DNA of 64,000 nt from Candidatus Portnoybacteria bacterium (GTDB lineage Bacteria > Patescibacteriota > Minisyncoccia > Portnoybacterales > GWB1-42-6): assembly GCA_028688325.1 (NCBI GenBank), contig JAQTYI010000002.1, positions 76,379-140,378 of the forward strand, in the 5' to 3' direction. Position numbers and translations under genes: made by a program. Positions 16,430 through 24,732 of the stretch are shown one piece after another. Each line of letters starts with the position of its first letter. Position 1 is the first letter of the stretch. The notes under the pieces are model-generated. The model was not told where the DNA came from, ran no database searches, and saw only the letters and a program-made list of their open reading frames with translations.

Positions 16430-19108
16430 TTATTTTCCACAACACTTCTTATATTTCTTGCCGCTCCCACAAGGGCAAGGATCATTGCGCCCCACTTCCC
16501 CGTCTTTTTTCTCGGCCACAACCTGGCCAGAAATGATATTTTTAACTTCTCGCCTTTCAGCCGCCTGCTCGCTCATTATGCCGACTTTATAAATAGAGCC
16601 GACAAAGCTGCTCTGGATTGCGCCCAGCAGGCGCTGAAAAAGGCGCATGCCTTCGTTTTTATATTCCACCAGCGGGTCTTTCTGGCCGTAGGCGCGCAGT
16701 TTTACAGAATGGCGCAGATGCTCCATTTCGTCCAAGTGCTCCATCCAGAACATATCGATGGTGCGCAAATAGAACATTTTCTCGATTTCGCGCATACTGG
16801 CCTCACTGACCTCTTTTTCTTTTGTCTCGTAGGCCTGCCTGGCCGAATCGGACAAATATTTTTCCAGCTCTTCCTTGTTTTTAATTTCGGCCATCTTCTG
16901 CTCAGCATCGCTGGGCAGATTAAAGATCGCTTTGACACCCTCCTGAATTTCCGCCAGATTCCAATCCTCGCGATAATCGCCTGGCGCGTGAAAATCGATG
17001 ATCTTGGTTATTTCTTTATCGATTATTCCCAAAACCTCATCGCGCAAGCTATCGGATTCCAAAACTTCCAGCCGCTTGCGATAGATGGTTTCGCGCTGCT
17101 TATTCATCACATCGTCATATTCCAGAACATGCTTGCGAGTATCGAAATTAAAGCCCTCTATCTTGGCCTGCGCGTTCTCGATGGCGCGGGAAATCATTTT
17201 ATTCTCGATGGGCTGGTCTTCCGGAATCTGCATAACTTCCATCAGCCGTTTAATTTTATCGGGTGCAAAAATGCGCATCAGGTCGTCTTCCAGCGAAACG
17301 AAAAATTGCGAAGAGCCGGCGTCCCCCTGGCGGCCGGAGCGGCCGCGCAGCTGATCATCGATGCGCCGCGCTTCGTGGCGCTCAGTGCCGATGATATGCA
17401 AACCGCCGAGCGCGACAACTTCGTCGTGTTCTTTTTGCCAATTGTTTAAATCTCCCTCTTCGAGTCCTGTCGGCCTAACCCCTCCTAAAGGAGGGGAACC
17501 CGCATCGCCGCTCCCTCCCTTTAGGGAGGGCTGGGGAGGATTTTCATCAGGTCTTCCACCAAGAATAATATCCACGCCGCGGCCCGCCATATTGGTCGCC
17601 ACCGTCACCCCGCCCTTGCGGCCGGCCTTGGCGATTATCTGCGCTTCCCGCTCGTGGTTTTTGGCATTCAACAATTCATGCGGAATGCCTTCTTTTTTCA
17701 AAAATTGGCTTAATAGTTCATTTTTTTCTATGGAAACCGTTCCCACCAGCACCGGCTGGCCCGCGTCGTGCCGGTTTTTTATCTCCCGCGCCACGGCGAC
17801 AAATTTCCCGTGTTCGGTGCGATAAATGCTGTCGGGCATATCCACGCGCACCATCGGCTGATTGGTCGGCACGATAACGACATCCAATTTATAAACTTTA
17901 GAAAATTCCTCGGCGGATGTTAAAGCCGTGCCGGTCATGCCGGACAGTTTTTTATACAAGCGGAAATAATTCTGGAAAGTTATCGTCGCCAAGGTGCGCG
18001 ATTCTTTCTGCACGGGCACCCCTTCTTTGGCTTCCAAGGCCTGATGCAAACCTTCGCTGTAGCGGCGGCCCTGCATCAAGCGGCCCGTAAATTCATCAAC
18101 GATTATTATTTCGCCGTCTTTCACGACATAATCTTTGTCGCGCTTGAAAAGCGCTTGCGCGCGCAGCGCCTGCTCCAAGTGGTGCGCGTATTTTATCCCG
18201 CCTTCGGTATAGATATTTCCCATGCCCAAAATCTTTTCCACCTTATCTATGCCCTCTTCCGTCAAAGTGGCGGCGCGCATTTTTTCATCGAGATTGTAAT
18301 CAACATTTTCAACAAGACGCGGAGCGATTTTAGAAAAGGTCTCGTATAGTTTTCCCGAATCCTCGTCCGGCGCGGAAATTATCAAAGGCGTGCGCGCTTC
18401 GTCTATCAATATCGAGTCCACTTCGTCCACTATGGCAAAGTTATGTTTGCGCTGAGACATATCTTTCAATTCAGCCACCATATTGTCGCGCAGATAATCG
18501 AAACCGAATTCGTTGTTGGTACCGTAAGTGATGTCGGCGGCATAGGCCTCGGGCCGGCGGACTTCTTTTAGATTCGCCATCTCCACCGTAATCTCGTTCT
18601 TGTCCAACACCACGGGTTCATATATATAGGATCTTTCGTGTTGCAGGCAACCCACGGAAAGCCCCAACAAATTAAAAACCGCGCCCATCCAGTTGGCATC
18701 GCGCTTGGACAGATAATCGTTCACCGTAACAACATGCGCGCCTTTTCCTTCAAGCGCGTTAAGATATATCGCCAAAGTGGCGGTTAAGGTTTTTCCTTCG
18801 CCCGTTTTCATTTCGGCAATCTTGCCTTCATGCAAAACCATTCCGCCGATAAGTTGCGCGTCAAAATGCCGCTGGCCCAAAGCTCTTTTGGCCGCCTCGC
18901 GCGTCAGCGCGAAGGCCTCCGGCAAAATTTCATCCAGCGTTTGACCTTTTTGCAAACGCTCCCTGAGCTCCTGTGTTTTGTTTTTCAATTCCTCAACCGA
19001 AAAACGCCCGAACTCCGGTTCAAGCTTGTTTATCTGTTCAACGATGGTTTCGTATTTGGCAATGCTCCCCCCGCCCGCGTTGCCGAAAAAATTAGTTAAA
19101 AACGACAT
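16430..19108 (-). CDS. secA: Preprotein translocase ATPase SecA
   Basis: EMKTGEGKT, DEVDSILIDEARTPLIIS, ATNMAGRG, QLRGRSGRQGD and the C-terminal GRNDPCPCGSGKKYKKC. Confidence 0.99.
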   Translation of the reverse strand: MSFLTNFFGNAGGGSIAKYETIVEQINKLEPEFGRFSVEELKNKTQELRERLQKGQTLDEILPEAFALTREAAKRALGQRHFDAQLIGGMVLHEGKIAEMKTGEGKTLTATLAIYLNALEGKGAHVVTVNDYLSKRDANWMGAVFNLLGLSVGCLQHERSYIYEPVVLDKNEITVEMANLKEVRRPEAYAADITYGTNNEFGFDYLRDNMVAELKDMSQRKHNFAIVDEVDSILIDEARTPLIISAPDEDSGKLYETFSKIAPRLVENVDYNLDEKMRAATLTEEGIDKVEKILGMGNIYTEGGIKYAHHLEQALRAQALFKRDKDYVVKDGEIIIVDEFTGRLMQGRRYSEGLHQALEAKEGVPVQKESRTLATITFQNYFRLYKKLSGMTGTALTSAEEFSKVYKLDVVIVPTNQPMVRVDMPDSIYRTEHGKFVAVAREIKNRHDAGQPVLVGTVSIEKNELLSQFLKKEGIPHELLNAKNHEREAQIIAKAGRKGGVTVATNMAGRGVDIILGGRPDENPPQPSLKGGSGDAGSPPLGGVRPTGLEEGDLNNWQKEHDEVVALGGLHIIGTERHEARRIDDQLRGRSGRQGDAGSSQFFVSLEDDLMRIFAPDKIKRLMEVMQIPEDQPIENKMISRAIENAQAKIEGFNFDTRKHVLEYDDVMNKQRETIYRKRLEVLESDSLRDEVLGIIDKEITKIIDFHAPGDYREDWNLAEIQEGVKAIFNLPSDAEQKMAEIKNKEELEKYLSDSARQAYETKEKEVSEASMREIEKMFYLRTIDMFWMEHLDEMEHLRHSVKLRAYGQKDPLVEYKNEGMRLFQRLLGAIQSSFVGSIYKVGIMSEQAAERREVKNIISGQVVAEKKDGEVGRNDPCPCGSGKKYKKCCGK
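17448..17543. repeat. In-frame C/G-run palindromic doublet in the secA variable region
   Basis: CCCCTCCTAAAGGAGGGG and CCCTCCCTTTAGGGAGGGCTGGGGAGGATTT. Peptide NPPQPSLKGGSGDAGSPPLGGVR. Same family as alaS 2606-2725. Confidence 0.8.
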
Positions 19109-19177
19109 ATGTTAGTCCTAATCCTCGCTATTTATTTTTGTCACATTAATAATACCCATTAAATGTTATATTATCAA

Positions 19178-19217
19178 TCTTGGACACTTTTACGCTATAG
19201 CGTAAAAGTGTCCAAGA
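19178..19217. repeat. Perfect 40 bp palindrome, copy 1
   Basis: TCTTGGACACTTTTACGCTATAGCGTAAAAGTGTCCAAGA. Confidence 0.97.
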
Positions 19218-19258
19218 GACAGCCGACAACAACTTCTCTATCCCTCCAGTATGGACTC

Positions 19259-19852
19259 CTACACATTAAAATATTTTTTTAATCTTTTGTCGATATCTTT
19301 AATGTCCGACTCCAGATATAGAATATCATCGCCGACTCCAAAAAAATCCGAAATAAAATCAATCTCTTTTTTGCAGTCAAATGGATAAATAAAAACACTT
19401 TTCTGAAGCTGCAGCATCCTCAAATTTTTGAATTTAGAGCGCAAAGCATCTCTGGCTTGTTTTTTATCTTCTGGTATGTCAAAAATTATTACCCGCCATT
19501 TGCCGTCCCATCGCTTATCGTTTTTTAATTCAATCCTATCGACATCATATTTTAATAATTCTTCCCGGCCTTTTTTCGTTAAAATCATCTCTGCCCGCCC
19601 ACCCCTCATTTTTCTTTTTATTAATTTTCTTTTTTCTAACCGGCCGACATATCGCCTGGCGCTTGACCGGTTGAAATTTTTCCAAGAAACATAATTTTCG
19701 TCTTTTAATAAAAAACTAAAAGCTGACACCGCGTTAGGCGCCGCTATCGCCGCCAACAAAACCCCGCCCATCCCCAAAAACTTCAGAATGGCCTTAGCTG
19801 AAAAAGCGTCCGAATCTTTATTTAATTCCTTTATTTTATCAAATATTCTCAT
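19259..19852 (-). CDS. PaaX-like protein: winged HTH plus Cas2-like ferredoxin-fold domain
   Basis: RLEKRKLI...ILTKKG (wHTH) followed by WDGKWRVIIFDIPE...RDALR...LQLQKSVFIYP. Lacks the PaaX C-terminal domain. Confidence 0.85.
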   Translation of the reverse strand: MRIFDKIKELNKDSDAFSAKAILKFLGMGGVLLAAIAAPNAVSAFSFLLKDENYVSWKNFNRSSARRYVGRLEKRKLIKRKMRGGRAEMILTKKGREELLKYDVDRIELKNDKRWDGKWRVIIFDIPEDKKQARDALRSKFKNLRMLQLQKSVFIYPFDCKKEIDFISDFFGVGDDILYLESDIKDIDKRLKKYFNV

Positions 19853-19950
19853 TTTAGTAATTCAAGTCCTTTTCAAATTGCCATCCTTATGATTCTTATT
19901 ATATTATGTATGCCATATATTGGCGCCGCGTATTTTATTATTTTAATTTT

Positions 19951-19998
19951 ATCATCCTGGACACTTTTACGCTATAGCGTAAAAGTGTCCAGGATGAT
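19951..19998. repeat. Perfect 48 bp palindrome, copy 2
   Basis: ATCATCCTGGACACTTTTACGCTATAGCGTAAAAGTGTCCAGGATGAT. Confidence 0.97.
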
Positions 19999-20056
19999 TG
20001 CCTATTCTATTATATATCTTGTACCTGTTGTACATCGACCATTCAACCTCGGCCTA

Positions 20057-20085
20057 TTGACAAGTTGATAAAAAGATTCTATACT
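20057..20085 (+). promoter_or_regulatory. Near-consensus sigma70 promoter
   Basis: TTGACA-17 bp-TATACT. Confidence 0.75.
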
Positions 20086-20150
20086 GTACTGCGTTGACTT
20101 ATCCGGCTCTTTTTATCTGAAAATATATACCAAACCAACAAGGAGGAATT

Positions 20151-20591
20151 ATGGATGCGAAAGAAAAACAGTTCGGAGAGATTAACACCGTGCTTGCCAA
20201 AGAGCTTGAACATCACGCCAGGCCAGGCAGAAGCATGATGGGGCCGCGCTTCAAGATGACATTCTATTTTTCCTTTGCTCACCTGTCCGACGGGCGCCGT
20301 ATCAATATGGTTTCCAAGGTAACGGGAATCCCGGTTGCGGAGCTGCGCGAATACCGCGAATTCCGCAAAACGGAAATCCCGCGATTGCTCAAAAAGATAT
20401 TCTTGGAAAATCCGGATTTGGCTCCAAGCAACAAAGAAATCCAAAATGGCAGCGCCTGGGGCGATATGCAACCAGAGTTTTCCAAAAAGATGAGCGTTTG
20501 GGCAAAAAAGACCAGTATCAATTTCCACATCATCCGCGCCGTCTGGGACGAAACACTGCCCAGCAAACGCCAAAAGATCTTTGGAAATTAA
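20151..20591 (+). CDS. Hypothetical protein (146 aa)
   Basis: Has its own promoter, a strong AAGGAGG RBS and a downstream terminator. No family recognised. Confidence 0.7.
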   Translation: MDAKEKQFGEINTVLAKELEHHARPGRSMMGPRFKMTFYFSFAHLSDGRRINMVSKVTGIPVAELREYREFRKTEIPRLLKKIFLENPDLAPSNKEIQNGSAWGDMQPEFSKKMSVWAKKTSINFHIIRAVWDETLPSKRQKIFGN

Positions 20592-20609
20592 AACGATATC
20601 CGAAACAGC

Positions 20610-20641
20610 ACAAGGACTGCAAATGCAGTCCTTGTTTTTTT
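20610..20641 (+). terminator. Intrinsic terminator
   Basis: Stem ACAAGGACTGCA/TGCAGTCCTTGT plus a T tract. Confidence 0.8.
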
Positions 20642-20850
20642 ATTTATTTTACACAATTTTCTTATAATCTTTTTGAATACAGCAAAAATTTTGTCGGGTC
20701 GTCTTTGGCAAAGATTTCCGGAATGTCTTCATTTCATCAATTGTTTTTATTTTCATAATTTTGTGCCCATCTAACCAAACCGCGACTTTCCAATTTTCAC
20801 ATCCGCTATTTGCACCATATACCATAGGAGGCCCTATTTTCATTTTATCA

Positions 20851-20890
20851 TCTTGAGCACTTTTACGCTATAGCGTAAAAGTGCTCAAGA
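20851..20890. repeat. Perfect 40 bp palindrome, copy 3
   Basis: TCTTGAGCACTTTTACGCTATAGCGTAAAAGTGCTCAAGA. Confidence 0.97.
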
Positions 20891-20998
20891 ACTACTGTTA
20901 CATACCGATACCAATACTGATCGAACTTATTCAATCCGGCAAATTCCCCACCTCTCTCTGCTGAAAAAATTAGATAAAAAAGGACATTTTTATTTTTA

Positions 20999-21025
20999 TC
21001 GTCCTGAACTTGATTCAGGATCCAG
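20999..21025. repeat. Solitary REP-like hairpin
   Basis: TCCTGAACTTGATTCAGGATCCAG, which resembles half of the TGTCAT-ended elements. Confidence 0.5.
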
Positions 21026-21131
21026 AAGATTAAATTTATACCAAATTATACAAAAAAATAGCCGAAATTGCAAATAAAAAACCACCGATACTAAACATAA
21101 AATCGGTGACTAAATACGATCCTATAAATAA

Positions 21132-22349
21132 TCAAAGTTTTTTCGTATAGAATAAAAACATTGACTCGTCTCCGCCGTCCTTGCTCTTTAAGTAAACATC
21201 CGGGCCAACACCATTTTCGCCGGATTGAAAACCATTTTTTTGGTATCTCTCCGCCTCGCCTTCCCTGTGTACAAGCATAACCTCTACATCAATATTTTTT
21301 CCGTAACCCTTTATTGCCTCTGCTAATCTATCAACAGATTCCGGACTGTCGGGATTTACCCCATCCCAATTAACCCATAAAATATTTTCATAAACGCCAA
21401 TAGAAGCTATACAAAAGTTTTCAATGTTCCCTTGCTTATCCCGCAAAACAAAACTGTGTGGTTCAAAAATAACCGGCTCTCCTTTCTTCTGTTGTAAAAA
21501 AAGATCCAAACAGACCCTAAACTCTTCCATTCTATCAGGAGAGTATATTTTTTCGGCTAATTTTAAAATTTCCTCCTTATTCTCAACGGCTATTTCTTCG
21601 GTCGGAATAAAAGGTTCTATCTGCTGATTACTTATATTGGAAAAATAAGAAAAGAGATCTCTTCCCGGCCCAAAATAATCCTTTACATTAAAACTCTGCT
21701 TGTAGCCAGCATTTTCGTATTTTCGGCGCGCCCTATCTTCACTTACCCAATCACTTGTTTCACTGGCAATTAAAGTACCGCCTCTCGCTTTGGCTAATTT
21801 TTCAGTCCAATTTAAAATGAAACCGCCCACTCCGGAGTTTTGGTATTTCTTACTAACAGCGTACCAACCGAGGCGAACGACCATATGATGCTTTTCTGGG
21901 TCTAAAAGATTCCTGGTACCAAGCCCGGCTGCATCTTGGATGTCGGTCGTAAAAATACCAGTCAGCGCAAATGGCTTATTCTCATCATCAGTAATAACAT
22001 AATACTCGGCTGTGTAAAGCGTTGGGTGGTCTAGTTTTTCTTGCTCAAGATAAGAATCAATTTCTTCTTTAAGATCCGGAAAAGAAACATCTTCACCCTC
22101 CCAAGAATCCTTTACTTCCCGAAATAGTTCTTCAGTAAAATTATCACTCATAGCAAAAACTCGAAACTTAATTGGCGTTTCTCCTTCCTTAGTTTTTTTT
22201 ATTATTTCGTGCTCGAATAAGGGCGCCTCGGGCCTCTCTTGGTTCTTCTTGAATTCTTCCCGGCTAACGACTCCTTGCAGAAATCTTTCTTTTTTTTGTG
22301 ATTCAGTTTCTTGATTATAAACCTGATTTTCAATTTTTTCTTTAATCAT
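21132..22349 (-). CDS. GNAT family N-acetyltransferase domain protein
   Basis: Acetyl-CoA motif LGWYAVSKKYQNSGVGG, ARRKYENAGY, KDYFGPGRD. Possibly a second degenerate GNAT domain. Confidence 0.75.
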   Translation of the reverse strand: MIKEKIENQVYNQETESQKKERFLQGVVSREEFKKNQERPEAPLFEHEIIKKTKEGETPIKFRVFAMSDNFTEELFREVKDSWEGEDVSFPDLKEEIDSYLEQEKLDHPTLYTAEYYVITDDENKPFALTGIFTTDIQDAAGLGTRNLLDPEKHHMVVRLGWYAVSKKYQNSGVGGFILNWTEKLAKARGGTLIASETSDWVSEDRARRKYENAGYKQSFNVKDYFGPGRDLFSYFSNISNQQIEPFIPTEEIAVENKEEILKLAEKIYSPDRMEEFRVCLDLFLQQKKGEPVIFEPHSFVLRDKQGNIENFCIASIGVYENILWVNWDGVNPDSPESVDRLAEAIKGYGKNIDVEVMLVHREGEAERYQKNGFQSGENGVGPDVYLKSKDGGDESMFLFYTKKL

Positions 22350-22354
22350 AAAAA

Positions 22355-23140
22355 TTAATCATACAAATTAAATAAAGATTGGGCAGTTTTATAGAAAATG
22401 TTCTCTTTCTCTTTTTTGGTTAATTGCAGTCGGTTTATATAGCCAACATATCCTTTTTGGTCACACAGGTTCCAATCAGTCCCGAATAGAAGCTTATCAG
22501 TTGAGCCACCAAACAAAAGATAATCAGAAAATAGTCTTTTTAATAAAATTTTATCCTGCGGCTTAACAGAGTCGTATACCAGACCAGAACAATCTATGTA
22601 GACATTTTTATTTTTATAAGAAACCTCCGCCGCATCCTTTGCCCAAGGATTGCCAAAATGAGCAATCACGATTTTTAAGTTTGGCAGATCAGAAGCCAAA
22701 TCATCAAAAATCAAAGGATGTGCATATTTTAATTTTGCGTCTTTTGCTTGATTCCAAGTATCACCGCTATGAAAAATTGCCGGTTGATTGTATTTTTCCA
22801 ACAGATTCAAATAAGGCCTCAAGATTTTGTCACTGGGATAAAAATGCTCATAACCAGTGTAAAATTTTAAACCGTAAATCTTTTTACCGGCTAACCATTC
22901 TTCTATCTGCTCTGGCGTTGATCTATTCTGAGAAAGCGGAGAAATTGAAGCAATCGGGAAAAGAATTCCCTTGAACAATGAAGATTCGCACAACAGTTTC
23001 TCGTTGGCGCAATTAAACATTTCGCCGGCATAAACCAAGGCCTTTTTTATTTTAGCTTTTTTCATTGAAGCAACTATTTCTTGTGCTCCAAATTTCTTAT
23101 CGGGATAAAATTCAAGATGGGTATGGCAATCTATAATCAT
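22355..23140 (-). CDS. Amidohydrolase_2 family metallohydrolase
   Basis: IIDCHTH, GLKF, IFHSG, IVIAHFGNPW, NVYIDCSG, LLFGTDW. Confidence 0.9.
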   Translation of the reverse strand: MIIDCHTHLEFYPDKKFGAQEIVASMKKAKIKKALVYAGEMFNCANEKLLCESSLFKGILFPIASISPLSQNRSTPEQIEEWLAGKKIYGLKFYTGYEHFYPSDKILRPYLNLLEKYNQPAIFHSGDTWNQAKDAKLKYAHPLIFDDLASDLPNLKIVIAHFGNPWAKDAAEVSYKNKNVYIDCSGLVYDSVKPQDKILLKRLFSDYLLFGGSTDKLLFGTDWNLCDQKGYVGYINRLQLTKKEKENIFYKTAQSLFNLYD

Positions 23141-23226
23141 AGGTTAATACTATCAAATATTCACATTAAAAGACAATCTTTATCGTTAATTTTATTATCA
23201 TCGGAATTATTGTAAAAAAATAATTG

Positions 23227-23260
23227 AAAAGGGGCACGGATGAATTTGTCCGCGCCCCTT
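23227..23260 (-). terminator. Intrinsic terminator
   Basis: Stem AAGGGGCACGGA/TCCGCGCCCCTT with a short U tract on the minus strand. Confidence 0.6.
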
Positions 23261-23264
23261 GTTT

Positions 23265-24044
23265 TCAACAGTTTGGCTCCAAATATTTGAAGTCATCCCA
23301 TTGATAGCCGCTTTCCTTGAGCATCCTCGAAATAAGAACTAAATTGCGCCCATCGGCTCGCATCGTGTTATCAACCCATTCAAATTTTCTTTGATTGATA
23401 ACCCGCAAACCAATGCGAACTAGTTTTCTATTCAAAAGATTTGGCTTGAATACTTGACCCCAGGGCAACGCCCAAACTCCCATTGCTCTTAGTTGGCCAG
23501 CCATCCAGCCAAGCGCCATATTCGCCCCGTCTCCTTCTTGAGAAGCCAATAAAACACAAGGATTTCCAAACAGAGGTTCCTTGCCGTTTTTGAAGGTGAT
23601 TTCATAACGATTCTCTTCTATCGCCGTCATTTTATCAATGAGAATTTTTATTGCGGCTGAGGGCGAAGACCAATGAACTGGCGTGGCGAATACAAAGGCG
23701 TCGGCGTCGATCATCGCCTGCAGGATTTCATTGGTGTCATCGTCGCAGTGGATGCATGGGAATTCACATTCCCTGTCCGAATCCGACACGCAACCCTCGC
23801 ACGGTTTCATCTTTTTCTCGCACAGCATTATGACCTTTGTCTCCGCGCCGAAGCTTCTGGCATGAGCCAATAGCGTTTCCAGCATTTTATGGCTGCTGCT
23901 TTTGGCGCCGCGCGGACTGCCGGAAATGCCCAGGATCTTTATGGGCCCCTGGAATTTTTCCCTCGGTTTCAAGCGAACTTCCACGGTTTCCGTGCCTATC
24001 AACCGCCTCAGTAAATTGAACAAAAATACTTTCCATGCGTTCAT
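23265..24044 (-). CDS. Iron-sulfur flavoprotein / NADPH-dependent FMN reductase (flavodoxin-like)
   Basis: ILGISGSPRG, CEGC..ECEFPC, ADAFVFATPVHW. GGAGG RBS before ATG 24044. Confidence 0.88.
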   Translation of the reverse strand: MNAWKVFLFNLLRRLIGTETVEVRLKPREKFQGPIKILGISGSPRGAKSSSHKMLETLLAHARSFGAETKVIMLCEKKMKPCEGCVSDSDRECEFPCIHCDDDTNEILQAMIDADAFVFATPVHWSSPSAAIKILIDKMTAIEENRYEITFKNGKEPLFGNPCVLLASQEGDGANMALGWMAGQLRAMGVWALPWGQVFKPNLLNRKLVRIGLRVINQRKFEWVDNTMRADGRNLVLISRMLKESGYQWDDFKYLEPNC

Positions 24045-24111
24045 TTTTTCCTCCTGTATGCCTGAATTGTTGTATTTTAGGAACAAAATTACCCTATCTG
24101 ACTATTCTTAT

Positions 24112-24140
24112 ATTATACACTTTTGATTATGATTTGTCAA
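24112..24140 (-). promoter_or_regulatory. Perfect consensus sigma70 promoter
   Basis: TTGACA-17 bp-TATAAT on the minus strand. Confidence 0.8.
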
Positions 24141-24206
24141 TATATCAGACGCCAAACAAAAAACCGCCCTGCATTTTGCGGAGCGGCAAAAACTTCCCAA
24201 AAAAAA

Positions 24207-24605
24207 TTAAAATAAATTTCTGGCTTTCATCATCGCGGCGAATTCCTTCGACGATTTGCCTTGGCTCATTTTTTCCATCGGGCAAAGGTCGTCGCCTTCT
24301 TTGTTTAAAATACACTTAACGATTTTTTGATATTCCACTTTCGCGCCGCCGCGCGCCAAGACGATAAGCGCCCCGCGGGAAATCAGCGGCGTCATCACCT
24401 TTTTCACTCCGCCATAAATTAGCAGCAGCGCGGCGGCGCGGCCCACGACTTTATCGAAAACCGTAGCTCCGCGCATCTGCGCTTTATGTTTTTTCAGGCA
24501 AAAAATCAGCGGCGCAAGCCGCTGTTTTTTTGATTTGTATATGACTTTTCCGCCTTTGATCAGCGCGAAAGCGAGTTTTTTGTCGGTGAAATATTTTAAA
24601 TCCAT
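24207..24605 (-). CDS. DUF1893 (TM1506-like) protein
   Basis: DKVVGRAAA, ISRGA, ILNKEGDDLCPMEKM. Confidence 0.85.
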   Translation of the reverse strand: MDLKYFTDKKLAFALIKGGKVIYKSKKQRLAPLIFCLKKHKAQMRGATVFDKVVGRAAALLLIYGGVKKVMTPLISRGALIVLARGGAKVEYQKIVKCILNKEGDDLCPMEKMSQGKSSKEFAAMMKARNLF

Positions 24606-24613
24606 TCCCAATT

Positions 24614-24732
24614 TGTCATCCCGGGCTCCCGCCTCGCCCGACGAACATGCCGGCCTCGCCGAGTCAGGCGGGCGAGTCGAGGCGGGTGACCCGGGATCCA
24701 GGTCCTGGATTCTCGCCTTCGCGGGAATGACA
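24614..24732. repeat. Intergenic TGTCAT...ATGACA palindromic element with a nested insert
   Basis: TGTCATCCCGGGCT[CCCGCCTCG...CGAGGCGGG]TGACCCGGGATCCAG..CTGGATTCTCGCCTTCGCGGGAATGACA; same scaffold as 4544-4628. Confidence 0.85.

Noticed and set aside
19178-19217. Palindromes as ordinary intrinsic terminators
   Set aside because: They have no loop and no adjacent U tract, and the same core occurs both upstream and downstream of genes.
19259-19852. Genuine phenylacetate catabolism repressor paaX
   Set aside because: No paa genes are in the window and the PaaX C-terminal domain is missing, so the gene symbol is withheld.
20649-20843. 64 aa ORF as a confident CDS
   Set aside because: No RBS and no recognisable motif. 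It is mentioned only as possible cargo.
19178-20890. CRISPR array with cas2
   Set aside because: There are only three repeats, separated by 730-850 bp of gene-containing DNA, with no cas1 or effector gene. The Cas2-like domain is fused to a wHTH as in PaaX.
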